Origin: a virus
Lineage: Duplodnaviria; Heunggongvirae; Uroviricota; Caudoviricetes
Virus record (IMG/VR): IMGVR_UViG_3300028048_000115
Location: 1-18,060 of that record
Strand: one strand, 5' to 3'
DNA length: 18,060 bases
Part shown: positions 6,912-15,623 of the stretch, in pieces
How positions within the stretch are numbered: position 1 is the first letter of the stretch
Layout: every line of letters starts with the position of its first letter
Program-made: the position numbers and the translations under genes
Notes under the pieces: generated by a model
What the model was told of the DNA's origin: nothing
What the model saw: only the letters and a program-made list of their open reading frames with translations
Database searches by the model: none

Positions 6912-8015
6912 ATGAGTTCTACCATTACATTGACTGGTTCTACCATTACATTGACTGGAAAATATGCAGATGCATTTTTTCATACCAAAAATGTTGACCA
7001 GAATACACTTTTTCAAGTCAAAGCGCTGATTGACTGTGACCTTTCAGAGGGTAGTGTTATCCACATAATGCCTGATTGCCACACAGGCAAAGGTTGCACC
7101 ATTGGAACTACAATGACTATCAATGATAAATTGTGTCCTAACCTTGTGGGTGTTGATGTGGGGTGCGCCATTTTATGCTTAAAGGTACAGGGAGATTTTT
7201 CAGTTGATGACTTCTTGGATGCTTGTGAGAAAGTCCCAGCTGGTGTAGGTAAATACAACTCGGAAATGAAGGAGTTTGATGACCTTAAGAATTTATCTTT
7301 TAAGTTAGATAACCCAGATCAAATTTTGCGTTCTATCGGATCGTTAGGTAGTGGTAACCACTTCATTGAATTAAACGAAGACGAAGACGGTAACCGTTAT
7401 ATTGTTATTCATAGTGGTTCAAGAAATCTAGGAATTCAAGTATGCAGTCACCACATGAAAATTGCAAAGCAAACCAATCCAAGAGGTGACCTGTCTTTCT
7501 TAACAGGAACCAATTTTGATGACTATCTGAATGATATGCGGATTTGTCAAACCTATGCTCAGAAAAATCGTTTAGAGATTGGTGACACCATTCTAAGAAA
7601 TTTAGGAAATACTAGAATAGTTGGTGCATTTGTAACAGTTCACAATTACATAGATTTTGATGATAAAATTCTAAGAAAGGGTGCTATTTCCTGTAGTAAG
7701 GGTAAAAAAGTTCTAATTCCATTTAATATGAGAGATGGAAGTGTAATCGCAATTGGTAAGGGAAACCCTGATTGGAATTTCTCTGGTCCACATGGTGCAG
7801 GTAGAATTTTATCACGTACCCAGGCAAGGAAGAGTTTAACTCTTGAAGATTTCCAAAACGCTATGACTGGAATTTCTTCAAGGACTGTATGTCAGAAAAC
7901 AATTGATGAGGCTCCACAAGTTTATAAGGATGCTAAAGAAATTGAGAATTTAATTTCGGAAACAGTAGAAGTTCAAAAGCACTTGAAGGTTGTTGCAAAT
8001 TTCAAGGGAATTTAA
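6912..8015 (+). CDS. rtcB: RtcB-family RNA ligase
   Basis: MPDCHTGKG, VGVDVGC, GSLGSGNHFIE, IHSGSRNLG, VHNY, RKGA, PHGAGR, DEAPQVYK. ATG 6912 follows GGAG (6903-6906). Confidence 0.93.
   Translation: MSSTITLTGSTITLTGKYADAFFHTKNVDQNTLFQVKALIDCDLSEGSVIHIMPDCHTGKGCTIGTTMTINDKLCPNLVGVDVGCAILCLKVQGDFSVDDFLDACEKVPAGVGKYNSEMKEFDDLKNLSFKLDNPDQILRSIGSLGSGNHFIELNEDEDGNRYIVIHSGSRNLGIQVCSHHMKIAKQTNPRGDLSFLTGTNFDDYLNDMRICQTYAQKNRLEIGDTILRNLGNTRIVGAFVTVHNYIDFDDKILRKGAISCSKGKKVLIPFNMRDGSVIAIGKGNPDWNFSGPHGAGRILSRTQARKSLTLEDFQNAMTGISSRTVCQKTIDEAPQVYKDAKEIENLISETVEVQKHLKVVANFKGI
6916..6957. repeat. Perfect 21-bp tandem duplication (STITLTG twice)
   Basis: GTTCTACCATTACATTGACTG at 6916-6936 and 6937-6957. Confidence 0.95.
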
Positions 8016-8039
8016 AATGTACTAAAGGTTGTAGCAGAT

Positions 8040-8525
8040 ATGAATTTTTTGATCGAAAATGCAGATGAAATTTTAAAAACCCAAGAAGCAGAACGTGAAA
8101 AACTTTGGAAGTTTGATGAACTTTGTAAGGAAATGTTAAAGGAGCGAGGGAGCAATTATGTAACCATAAGGAAGTTTTGTATAAAGAACTTCAGAAGTGC
8201 TCCTTTATGGGACATTGAAAAGGTTTTTACACTTTTAAAATCTCAAGATCCAACACTTGATAAAGAGTGGAGTTTAAACTACATAGCATATTTTAAAAAA
8301 TATTATGAACAGTTTCCTAATGATAACCTTTGGAATAAGGAAATGATAAATCATTATAATAAGTTATCAGACGGAGATAAAGCATATTACAAAGTTCTTT
8401 CAGACTTAAAAAAATCAATCAAAAAAAATTTTAAAAGGTATACAGTTAAAGATCTTTGTGATATAATAAAGAAAAATGAAAAATTTAGACAAGCAATGTT
8501 AATAAACTTAATGGAAACTTGGTAA
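8040..8525 (+). CDS. Hypothetical protein (161 aa)
   Basis: Long ORF tightly packed between rtcB and gp52 (TAATG overlap); no motif recognised. Confidence 0.75.
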   Translation: MNFLIENADEILKTQEAEREKLWKFDELCKEMLKERGSNYVTIRKFCIKNFRSAPLWDIEKVFTLLKSQDPTLDKEWSLNYIAYFKKYYEQFPNDNLWNKEMINHYNKLSDGDKAYYKVLSDLKKSIKKNFKRYTVKDLCDIIKKNEKFRQAMLINLMETW

Positions 8526-9832
8526 TGCAGGAAATTTCAATCAAAGATTTACTCAATGGACAGTTAGTTAATTATGCAAGCTATGACAATATCCGAAAAA
8601 TCGGAAGTGCGATTGACGGATTAAAGAACGCGGCTAGAAAGGTTATCTTTACTGTTCACGAAAAAAAGATTAAAGATAAAACAAAGGTTTTACAGTTATC
8701 AAATAAGTGTGCGGAATATGCAGACTATTTACACGGTTCCTTAGATGGTGTTGTCGTAACATTGGGCCAAGATTTTGCTGGAACCAATAATATTCCTTTA
8801 ATTCAGAAATTTGGTAACTTTGGAACAAGATGTATTCAGGAGGCATCAGCACCAAGATACATTTTTGCAAAAGGTTCCGATGCTCTGTTTGAACTGTTTA
8901 AGTACGAAGATGACGAAATCCTAGACCAACAGTTTTTTGAGGGTTCCCGAATTGAACCTAAGTTTTATGTCCCAACTTTGCCAATGCTTTTGGTGAACGG
9001 AAGTGAGGGCGTATCTAGTGGTTTTGCTCAAAAGATTTTACCTAGAAATCCAGAAAAACTAAAGCAATATATCTTAGAAAAGTTGTCTGGAAAGGAACCT
9101 TCAACTGAATTATTAAACCCTTGGATCAAGAATTTTAACGGCTCTTTTGAACAGGGTGAGGAACCAAACAAGTGGATTGTCAAGGGAAAGATTGAACACG
9201 TAAAAGGAAATGAATATCTGATTTCTGAAATTCCATTTACCTATGACTTAAAGAGTTATGTTAAGGTGCTCGATGATTTATCAGATAAGAAGAATATTAT
9301 CAGATATTCAAATGAGAGTGACGGTGAAAACACCTTAAAATTCAGAGTCACCCTCCCAAGAGGAATTGATACATCTGAAGACGCCTTGTTAGAGCGTTTA
9401 AAACTTTTAAAACCAATTTCAGAAAACTATACAAGTATTGATGATAATCTCAAGGTTAGAGAATTTAAAAATTCCAAAGAAATTATTGACTTTTATATAG
9501 ATATAAAATTAAAATATTTAAATAAGAGAAAGATATTTTTAATTGAAAAAATCAATACAGAATTAAGCATTTTAAAGATGAAGTCAAAATTTTTAAATGA
9601 ATATATTTCTGGGTCCATCAAAATTCAAAATGTTTCAAAGTCTGAAATTGAAAAACAGTTAGTAGATTATTTAAAGGTTGATGGAAGTTATAACTATCTT
9701 ATCGGAATGCCAATTTACTCTTTAACTTCAGAAAAACTTGAGGAGTTAGAAAAGACAATTGCTCAAACTGAAAAGACTCTTTCAAAAACCCAGAAAACAA
9801 GTATCGAAAAAATGTGGAGCTCTGAACTTTGA
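8525..9832 (+). CDS. gp52: Type II topoisomerase medium subunit (GyrA/ParC-like), T4 gp52-like
   Basis: DGLKNAARKV, YLHG, GNFG, ASAPRYI (catalytic Tyr), PMLLVNGSEGVSSGFA. Start placed at the TAATG overlap. Confidence 0.95.
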   Translation: MQEISIKDLLNGQLVNYASYDNIRKIGSAIDGLKNAARKVIFTVHEKKIKDKTKVLQLSNKCAEYADYLHGSLDGVVVTLGQDFAGTNNIPLIQKFGNFGTRCIQEASAPRYIFAKGSDALFELFKYEDDEILDQQFFEGSRIEPKFYVPTLPMLLVNGSEGVSSGFAQKILPRNPEKLKQYILEKLSGKEPSTELLNPWIKNFNGSFEQGEEPNKWIVKGKIEHVKGNEYLISEIPFTYDLKSYVKVLDDLSDKKNIIRYSNESDGENTLKFRVTLPRGIDTSEDALLERLKLLKPISENYTSIDDNLKVREFKNSKEIIDFYIDIKLKYLNKRKIFLIEKINTELSILKMKSKFLNEYISGSIKIQNVSKSEIEKQLVDYLKVDGSYNYLIGMPIYSLTSEKLEELEKTIAQTEKTLSKTQKTSIEKMWSSEL

Positions 9833-10359
9833 TAATAACTATTTCAGGTCCCGCAAGAAGTGGCAAAGACTATATTGCGGGTCTTTTAAAAGAAAGATTA
9901 AATAATGCTAAGTTATATACTTTATCAAGCACTTTAAAGGAATATCTATGTGAGATTTTTTCTTTAAGTTTAGAGGAGCTTGATAGATTTAAAAACTCAA
10001 CGGAACCATTCACAGTAAATGGAACCACAATGAGAACTATTTTGCAGAAATTTGGAACCGAAATTTTTGTGAATAAGGTCGATAAGTTATTTTGGGTTAA
10101 TAAGATAAAAGAAAAGATAATTGCTGATAATGTTGATTACGCAATTATTACGGATGCTCGATTTCTCCACGAAATTGAGAGTTTTAATGGTGCTTTAAAA
10201 ATAAAGGTGATTGCAGATGACACGATAGCAGAAAATGAACACATATCAGAACGGGAATTGGATAATTATAAGTTTGATTATCTGATTGATAATAGAAATA
10301 AACCAGATTTAACAAAGGTTATTGACAAACTGGTTAAAAAAATTAAGGAAAATAAATGA
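9829..10359 (+). CDS. Deoxynucleoside monophosphate kinase (T4 gp1-like)
   Basis: P-loop ISGPARSGKD, R-x-ILQKFGTE, ITDARF, HISE, FDY-x-IDN. Confidence 0.85.
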   Translation: MIITISGPARSGKDYIAGLLKERLNNAKLYTLSSTLKEYLCEIFSLSLEELDRFKNSTEPFTVNGTTMRTILQKFGTEIFVNKVDKLFWVNKIKEKIIADNVDYAIITDARFLHEIESFNGALKIKVIADDTIAENEHISERELDNYKFDYLIDNRNKPDLTKVIDKLVKKIKENK

Positions 10360-10829
10360 TTACTTGTATTTTTTCTTGCGATTTAAACGGCGTAATTGGC
10401 GTAAATGGCACTCTTCCTTGGGATATTCCTTCAGACTTAAAGAATTTTAAAAAGGAAACCACAGGAAAGACTGTGATTATGGGCAGAAAGACTTTTGAGA
10501 GCATTGGAAAAGAACTTCCTGACCGTAGAAATATCATCATCACAACACACCCTGTTAAGGACGTTGAATGTTATTCAAGTATTAAAGAAGCATTAGCTAA
10601 AATTGATGGTGATGTTTACCTCATTGGCGGTAAGGGAATTATTGAGGAGGGATTTGAATTAGCAGACAGACTGTTAATCACTTCCGTTCCAATTGTTGTG
10701 CCTGATTATGAGGGTCCTTTAGTTAAGGTTGATATGTCAAAGAAGAAAGGTTTTGACATTGTTTCAATTGACCACGTTGAAAACCCAAATGAGATGGACT
10801 ATTATCTTATGGAATATAGGAGAAAGTAA
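10356..10829 (+). CDS. frd: Dihydrofolate reductase
   Basis: VIGVNGTLPW, DLKNFK, VIMGRKTFESIG, LPDRRNII, LIGGKGI. Confidence 0.95.
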   Translation: MITCIFSCDLNGVIGVNGTLPWDIPSDLKNFKKETTGKTVIMGRKTFESIGKELPDRRNIIITTHPVKDVECYSSIKEALAKIDGDVYLIGGKGIIEEGFELADRLLITSVPIVVPDYEGPLVKVDMSKKKGFDIVSIDHVENPNEMDYYLMEYRRK

Positions 10830-11290
10830 TGAAGTTTAAGCAGATTTTAGAAAAGGAAGAAACACCTGTTTCAACTGAAAAAGACGTTCCTGTAGCAGAA
10901 GTTGAGGACGCTAGTGTTATTGAACCATCAGAAGTTTCAGAAAACAAAGAAGCAATTGCAAAACCTGAAGAAGTCAAAGACTACGATGTGTTTGCTCGTC
11001 TCCGTGATGGTCTTGAAACTGATGAATGGATTTATATCATTAAACAGAACGATGATTGGGTAGCCAAGAAGATGATTAATGGTTCAATGCAGGATATGAT
11101 TTTACCAAATTCTCCTGACGAAACCGACGCAAAGTCGGTCTTATGTGCTGTTGAGAAAGTTTTACAAACTCCTGATATTCAGTACATTAGAACTATGGAA
11201 GAACCAATCATTCCAGATGTTCCATCTTCAGAGGAACCTACTGAAAAAGAAGAACCCGAAATGATTTCGGATTATACAACTTACGTCTAA
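10829..11290 (+). CDS. Acidic hypothetical protein (153 aa)
   Basis: ORF coupled to DHFR by TAATG and followed by a terminator; E/P-rich termini. Confidence 0.75.
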   Translation: MKFKQILEKEETPVSTEKDVPVAEVEDASVIEPSEVSENKEAIAKPEEVKDYDVFARLRDGLETDEWIYIIKQNDDWVAKKMINGSMQDMILPNSPDETDAKSVLCAVEKVLQTPDIQYIRTMEEPIIPDVPSSEEPTEKEEPEMISDYTTYV

Positions 11291-11296
11291 AAATAA

Positions 11297-11321
11297 GGGG
11301 ACTTTTTAAAAGTCCCTTTTT
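11297..11321 (+). terminator. Intrinsic terminator
   Basis: GGGACTT-TTTAA-AAGTCCC followed by TTTTT, just after the 11290 stop. Confidence 0.75.
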
Positions 11322-11524
11322 ATATAAATTAAATCACAAATAAGGAACTTTTAAAAGTTCCTTTTTAACAATTAAAAAATGTTGTTTTCTTATATATAAT
11401 TAATTAAAATTAAATCACATAAATTCTTATATAAATTAAATCACAAATAATGAACTTTTAAAAGTTCCTTTTTAACAATTAAAAAAATGTTGTTTTCTTA
11501 TATATAATTAATTAAAATTAAATT
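11320..11524. repeat. Two near-identical ~95-100-bp direct repeats (period 107), each with a stem-loop and a promoter
   Basis: Copies start at 11320 and 11427. Copy 1 contains the perfect palindrome AAGGAACTTTTAAAAGTTCCTT (11342-11363); copy 2 has one G>T change and one more A in an A-run. Confidence 0.9.
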
Positions 11525-11670
11525 CTTATATATAATTAATTTGAATTAAATCACATAAAATAGTTGTTTTCTTATAATAAACATATTATAATTAATATGT
11601 GAAATGAAAACGCAAATGTGTTTTTAAATCACATAAAATAGTTGTTTTCTTATAATAAACATATTATAAT
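11382..11670 (+). promoter_or_regulatory. Four tandem sigma70-like promoters
   Basis: TTGTTT-17-TAAAAT at 11382-11410 and 11490-11518; TTGTTT-17-TATAAT at 11564-11592 and 11642-11670. Confidence 0.65.
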
Positions 11671-11678
11671 TAATATGT
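11547..11678. repeat. Two identical 54-bp direct repeats (period 78)
   Basis: TAAATCACATAAAATAGTTGTTTTCTTATAATAAACATATTATAATTAATATGT at 11547-11600 and 11625-11678. Confidence 0.95.
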
Positions 11679-11698
11679 AAAAAAGAGAGGAACAGAAA

Positions 11699-11947
11699 AT
11701 GATTTACGAATTAACTCCTATTTATGACGCCCGTCAGTCCTTCTATGCAAAGGCATTAGTTCAGGTTTTTGAGGGTGTTGAAGTTCTGTTAAGTTATACA
11801 ATGCCAGTTGCTAAGTATGAAAACGGTGTTTTAAAACTCCTTGAAATGTGGGACTATTCTCCAACAACTTTAAGACACGTCAAGGAATTTGCAAAACAGC
11901 ACAATATTTTCGTTAACACAAAGAAAGATTTATTACAGTATGTTTGA
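11699..11947 (+). CDS. Small phage protein of unknown function (82 aa)
   Basis: RBS GAGAGGA. The pattern SFYAKA...LLSY...VA...SPTTLRHVKEF resembles small phage proteins of unknown function. Confidence 0.8.
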   Translation: MIYELTPIYDARQSFYAKALVQVFEGVEVLLSYTMPVAKYENGVLKLLEMWDYSPTTLRHVKEFAKQHNIFVNTKKDLLQYV

Positions 11948-13394
11948 GGAAATTCTTTTAAAGTCCCTAGTCTATGACGGGACTTTTTTTAACAAATGCT
12001 TTAACCTCTTAAAGTCCGATTATTTTAAGACAATTGGTAACAAAGAGGTTTTTAAACTTCTTAAAAAATACTACGCAGAGTACAAAGAACGACCATCGGA
12101 AGTTGCTCTTGTAACAATGGTCAAAGACGTTCCAAATGCGGAACTTAGAAAGACTATTGTGGAGTCCTTAAAAAATATCTCAAAAACGGATTTAAACTCT
12201 AACACAGATTTTATGTGCAATGAAACCGTCAGATTTATCAAGGATTCCATCTATTACAAGTCACTTGAAATAGGTTCCGAAGGTCTGATGAACAAAGACG
12301 AAAGCAAAATCAAAAAGGCACAATCGCTTGTGGAAGAAATGTCAAAGATTCAGATTGACAGCGATTTAGGACTTGATTTTGATGACATTAATGCTCAAAT
12401 TGAGTATTATTCAAAAAGAGAATTTGGAATTAAAACCCACTTAAAAACAGTCAACAAGCGTATTGGAAGTGGTTTTCTTCCTGGAACTCTTAACGTCATT
12501 TTGGCAGCCCAAGGTGTTGGTAAGTCATTACTGATGTGCGATTTTATTTCTGGTATGCTTCAAAATAATAAAAACGTTTTGATGGTGTCCCTTGAAATGT
12601 CTCCAAATGAGATGATGAAACGTATTCAAGCAAATGTTTTTGACATTGGTGTCAATACCTTTAGAGATCTATCAAAGACTGATGTTGAGATTTCCGCTCT
12701 TGAAAGAGCACCAACAACAAAAGATGATATTTTAAATGCTTATCAAAAGTACAAAATGCAGGGTTCCTGTGGAAAATTGTTTGTTAAGGAATATCCAGCG
12801 GGTTCGTTTAGTGCATTGATGTTAGCAGATTTAGTTGATAAATTCCGAGTTGAAAAAGGTATCACTTTTGATATAATCTTTATTGATTATTTAGGAATTA
12901 TGAAGTCTGATTTAGTGAGTGCAAATGCTGGTTTGTATTCTTATGTTAAGAGCATTTCTGAAGAAGTAAGAGCACAAGCAGTAAAACTTGGTGTTCCAAT
13001 TGTAAGTGCCTCACAGTTAAATCGTTCAGCAATCAACAAGGTTGACGGAGTTGATAACTCTGCGGTGTCCGATTCGTACGGTACAAATGCAACTGCTGAT
13101 TTAATGATGTTCATTCTCCAAAATGAAGCAATGAAAGAAAAATCAGAGGTCCTTGTTAAGTTCACAAAAAATCGTTATACAGGTATTACCGATAGTTTTA
13201 TGCTTGATATTGACTATCAGAAAATGAGATTTAGTGATCCAATCGGGGAAACCGATTTTAAGACAGTTGAGGACAAAAAGAATGCCGAACAGTTTGCAAA
13301 ATCGGAAATTAGAGAGATCCACAAAAAGGATGTCCAAATAGACAAAGCAGAAAAAATGACAACTGATGATATTTTATCAATGATAGGAATATAA
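11940..13394 (+). CDS. gp41: Replicative DnaB-family helicase (T4 gp41-like)
   Basis: Walker A AAQGVGKS, SLEMS, Walker B IFIDYLGI, ASQLNR, KNRY. ATG 11940 (MFEEILLK) overlaps the upstream gene; the track start 11889 is probably too early. Confidence 0.92.
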   Translation: MFEEILLKSLVYDGTFFNKCFNLLKSDYFKTIGNKEVFKLLKKYYAEYKERPSEVALVTMVKDVPNAELRKTIVESLKNISKTDLNSNTDFMCNETVRFIKDSIYYKSLEIGSEGLMNKDESKIKKAQSLVEEMSKIQIDSDLGLDFDDINAQIEYYSKREFGIKTHLKTVNKRIGSGFLPGTLNVILAAQGVGKSLLMCDFISGMLQNNKNVLMVSLEMSPNEMMKRIQANVFDIGVNTFRDLSKTDVEISALERAPTTKDDILNAYQKYKMQGSCGKLFVKEYPAGSFSALMLADLVDKFRVEKGITFDIIFIDYLGIMKSDLVSANAGLYSYVKSISEEVRAQAVKLGVPIVSASQLNRSAINKVDGVDNSAVSDSYGTNATADLMMFILQNEAMKEKSEVLVKFTKNRYTGITDSFMLDIDYQKMRFSDPIGETDFKTVEDKKNAEQFAKSEIREIHKKDVQIDKAEKMTTDDILSMIGI

Positions 13395-14129
13395 ATGATA
13401 GAACTTTATAATGGTGATTGTTTAGAAGTTATGGATTCCCTCATTGAAAAAGGAATTAAAGTCAATGCTATCATAACCGATCCTCCGTATGGATCTACAG
13501 CTTGCAAATGGGATTCTATAATTCCTTTTGATGAAATGTGGAAACGTCTTAATGCTTTGATAATTCCAAAAGGAAATATTGTTTTGTTTGGTAATGGTAT
13601 TTTTTCTTATAAGTTGGCATTATCCAATGAAAAAAGATTTAGATATGAACTTATTTGGAAAAAATCCAAATGCGGAAGTCCTTTGACAGCAAAATATATG
13701 CCATTGAAAAAACACGAGAATATTCTTGTTTTTGGTCAGAGTGCTAGCGTCTATAATCCTCAAATGACAGAAGGAACGCCTTATAAACGAAATTATACCC
13801 CAAACAAAATAAACAATATGGAGTATGGTATTGCTGGTGTTCAAACAGACAACAAAGGAACAAGATATCCTATAAGTATTCTTGATTTTCCACAAAAATG
13901 GAGAAGACAAGATCAACTCCATCCGACTCAAAAACCTGTTGAGCTGCTTGAATATCTGGTCAAAACATATTCTAATGAAAATGACCTAATTCTTGATTTC
14001 ACTATGGGTTCCGGTACTACAGGAGTTGCTTGTAAGAATTTAAACAGGCAATTTATAGGTATTGAACTAGATAAAAACTACTTTGAAATTGCAAAAAGTA
14101 GAATAGAGAATACGGTAGTAAATATATAA
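13395..14129 (+). CDS. N4/N6 DNA methyltransferase, beta class
   Basis: IITDPPYG precedes HPTQKP and LDFTMGSGTTG (catalytic motif before the SAM-binding motif). Confidence 0.93.
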   Translation: MIELYNGDCLEVMDSLIEKGIKVNAIITDPPYGSTACKWDSIIPFDEMWKRLNALIIPKGNIVLFGNGIFSYKLALSNEKRFRYELIWKKSKCGSPLTAKYMPLKKHENILVFGQSASVYNPQMTEGTPYKRNYTPNKINNMEYGIAGVQTDNKGTRYPISILDFPQKWRRQDQLHPTQKPVELLEYLVKTYSNENDLILDFTMGSGTTGVACKNLNRQFIGIELDKNYFEIAKSRIENTVVNI

Positions 14130-14149
14130 ATTAAAGAGAATTTAGAAGA

Positions 14150-14975
14150 ATGGTAAGATCTCCAATAGTTTATAGTGGTAGTAAATTTTCGTTGATGAAA
14201 CAATTACTGCCGTTATTTCCAAAAAATATAGATACTTTTTATGATGTCTTTTGTGGCAGCTGTACAGTATCTTTGAATGTTAATGCCAATCATTATAAGT
14301 GTAATGATATTTGTAAACCGTTAATAGACCTTTATAATTATTTTAAGACTGAATATCAAGAAAACAAATTACAAGAATATATTGAAAAATATGATCTTTA
14401 TAATATAAAAGATGAAGCTTTTTATAATATAAGGACTCTATATAATTCATCAAAAGACCCTTTGCTTCTGTATATTCTTTCAAGATGTTCTTTTAATCAT
14501 ATGATAAGGTTTAATTCCAAAAATGAGTTTAATGCAGGATTTGGAAATTTGTTTAAAATAAACGGGAAGCATCACTATGATTTAGACATTTTTAAATTCA
14601 AAAACAAAGATTTTTACAGTCAGAATTTTGATGATTTTTTTAAATGCTTTTGAATATAAGGAAAATGACTTTATTTATTTAGATCCTCCTTATCTGATTA
14701 CTAATGCAAATTACAATTCTGGTTGGACAGAAAAGGAAGAGCTGAAACTACAAGATTTTTGCAGTCAGACAAGTGCTAAATTTGGAATTTCAAATGTTTT
14801 TGAACACAAAGGACGTTCAAATGAATTGCTTAAGGAATTTGCAAAGGAATACAATGTATATTATCTAAATAAATCTTATAATGCTTGGAACAATTCGAGC
14901 AAAAATAAATCAGACAAAACAGTTGAAGTGTATATATGTAATTATGAAATTACTGAAGGTTTGGAAAAATGGTAG
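14150..14975 (+). pseudogene. dam: Dam-like (D12/alpha class) adenine methyltransferase split by a +1 frameshift at T7 (14635-14641)
   Basis: YSGSK, YDVFCGS, FNHMIRFN...FNAGFG in frame 1; FIYLDPPY, FGISN, EVYICNY in frame 2. A T6 run would give the continuous QNFDDFLNAFEYKENDFIYLDPPY. Confidence 0.85.
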
Positions 14976-15022
14976 AATTGCATAACGGCGATCGCCTTGA
15001 GGTAATGAACCAACAAGTGTAG
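14969..15022 (+). pseudogene. 17-codon relic of a second beta-class methyltransferase
   Basis: MVELHNGDRLEVMNQQV* versus MIELYNGDCLEVMDSL at 13395. Confidence 0.65.
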
Positions 15023-15038
15023 TTTTAAAAGGAAAAGT

Positions 15039-15248
15039 ATGACCCTAAATGAATTAATAAGAAGTTCCGAAATAACATTTGATAAAGTTATTTTGCGAAC
15101 AAAAGAACATAAAGAAATTAACATAACAAATGAATTGGAAAAGTACAAACCATTTGATGTTATTTCCTTTAATATCACTTCAGAAACTCACCAAAATTAT
15201 GAAACGGTAGATCGTGAATATACTCTATATGTGAAACTTTTGTGGTAA
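15039..15248 (+). CDS. Hypothetical protein (69 aa)
   Basis: ATG preceded by AAAGGAAAAG; same strand as neighbours. Confidence 0.7.
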   Translation: MTLNELIRSSEITFDKVILRTKEHKEINITNELEKYKPFDVISFNITSETHQNYETVDREYTLYVKLLW

Positions 15249-15253
15249 CCAAA

Positions 15254-15275
15254 AAATGTGATTTAGATCGCTTTT
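15254..15275. promoter_or_regulatory. CRP-like operator
   Basis: AAATGTGATTTAGATCGCTTTT matches 19 of 22 positions of the CRP consensus AAATGTGATCTAGATCACATTT. Confidence 0.45.
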
Positions 15276-15309
15276 CTGAATAATTATTCAGTATTTTTTA
15301 CGCTTTTTG

Positions 15310-15380
15310 AAAAGTCTTTATAAATCAATAACTTAGTTAAAGATCTATTTTTATTAAGTCTTTGATTTGTAAAGACTTTT
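15310..15380. repeat. 19-bp inverted repeat with a 33-nt loop
   Basis: AAAAGTCTTTATAAATCAA (15310-15328) and TTGATTTGTAAAGACTTTT (15362-15380), one T-G pair. Confidence 0.85.
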
Positions 15381-15410
15381 TTATTTTAGGCAAAAAATTT
15401 AAAAAATATA

Positions 15411-15439
15411 TTGAAATTGTATATAAAATATTTTATAAT
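15411..15439 (+). promoter_or_regulatory. Strong sigma70-type promoter
   Basis: TTGAAA-17-TATAAT. Confidence 0.75.
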
Positions 15440-15469
15440 TAATTTGTAAGTTAAAGAGAGAAAAGAAAA

Positions 15470-15607
15470 ATGTTAAAATTATTTTTTGCTGGAATTTGTT
15501 GTACAATGTTTGGTTATGAATTTTTTATGAGTGGAGACATTAAACAAATGCTTGCGTGTTTAGTTTCTGCAATTGCAATGATTTTTGTTGGAAATGAGAT
15601 GATTTAA
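15470..15607 (+). CDS. 45-aa small membrane protein with two hydrophobic segments, not in the ORF track
   Basis: MLKLFFAGICCTMFGYEFFMSGDIKQMLACLVSAIAMIFVGNEMI; first ORF after the promoter, purine-rich leader. Confidence 0.65.
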   Translation: MLKLFFAGICCTMFGYEFFMSGDIKQMLACLVSAIAMIFVGNEMI

Positions 15608-15623
15608 AAAGGAAGGAAATAAA

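Noticed and set aside
11320-11678. CRISPR array
   Set aside because: Two different repeat types, too long, with no series of unique spacers and no cas genes.
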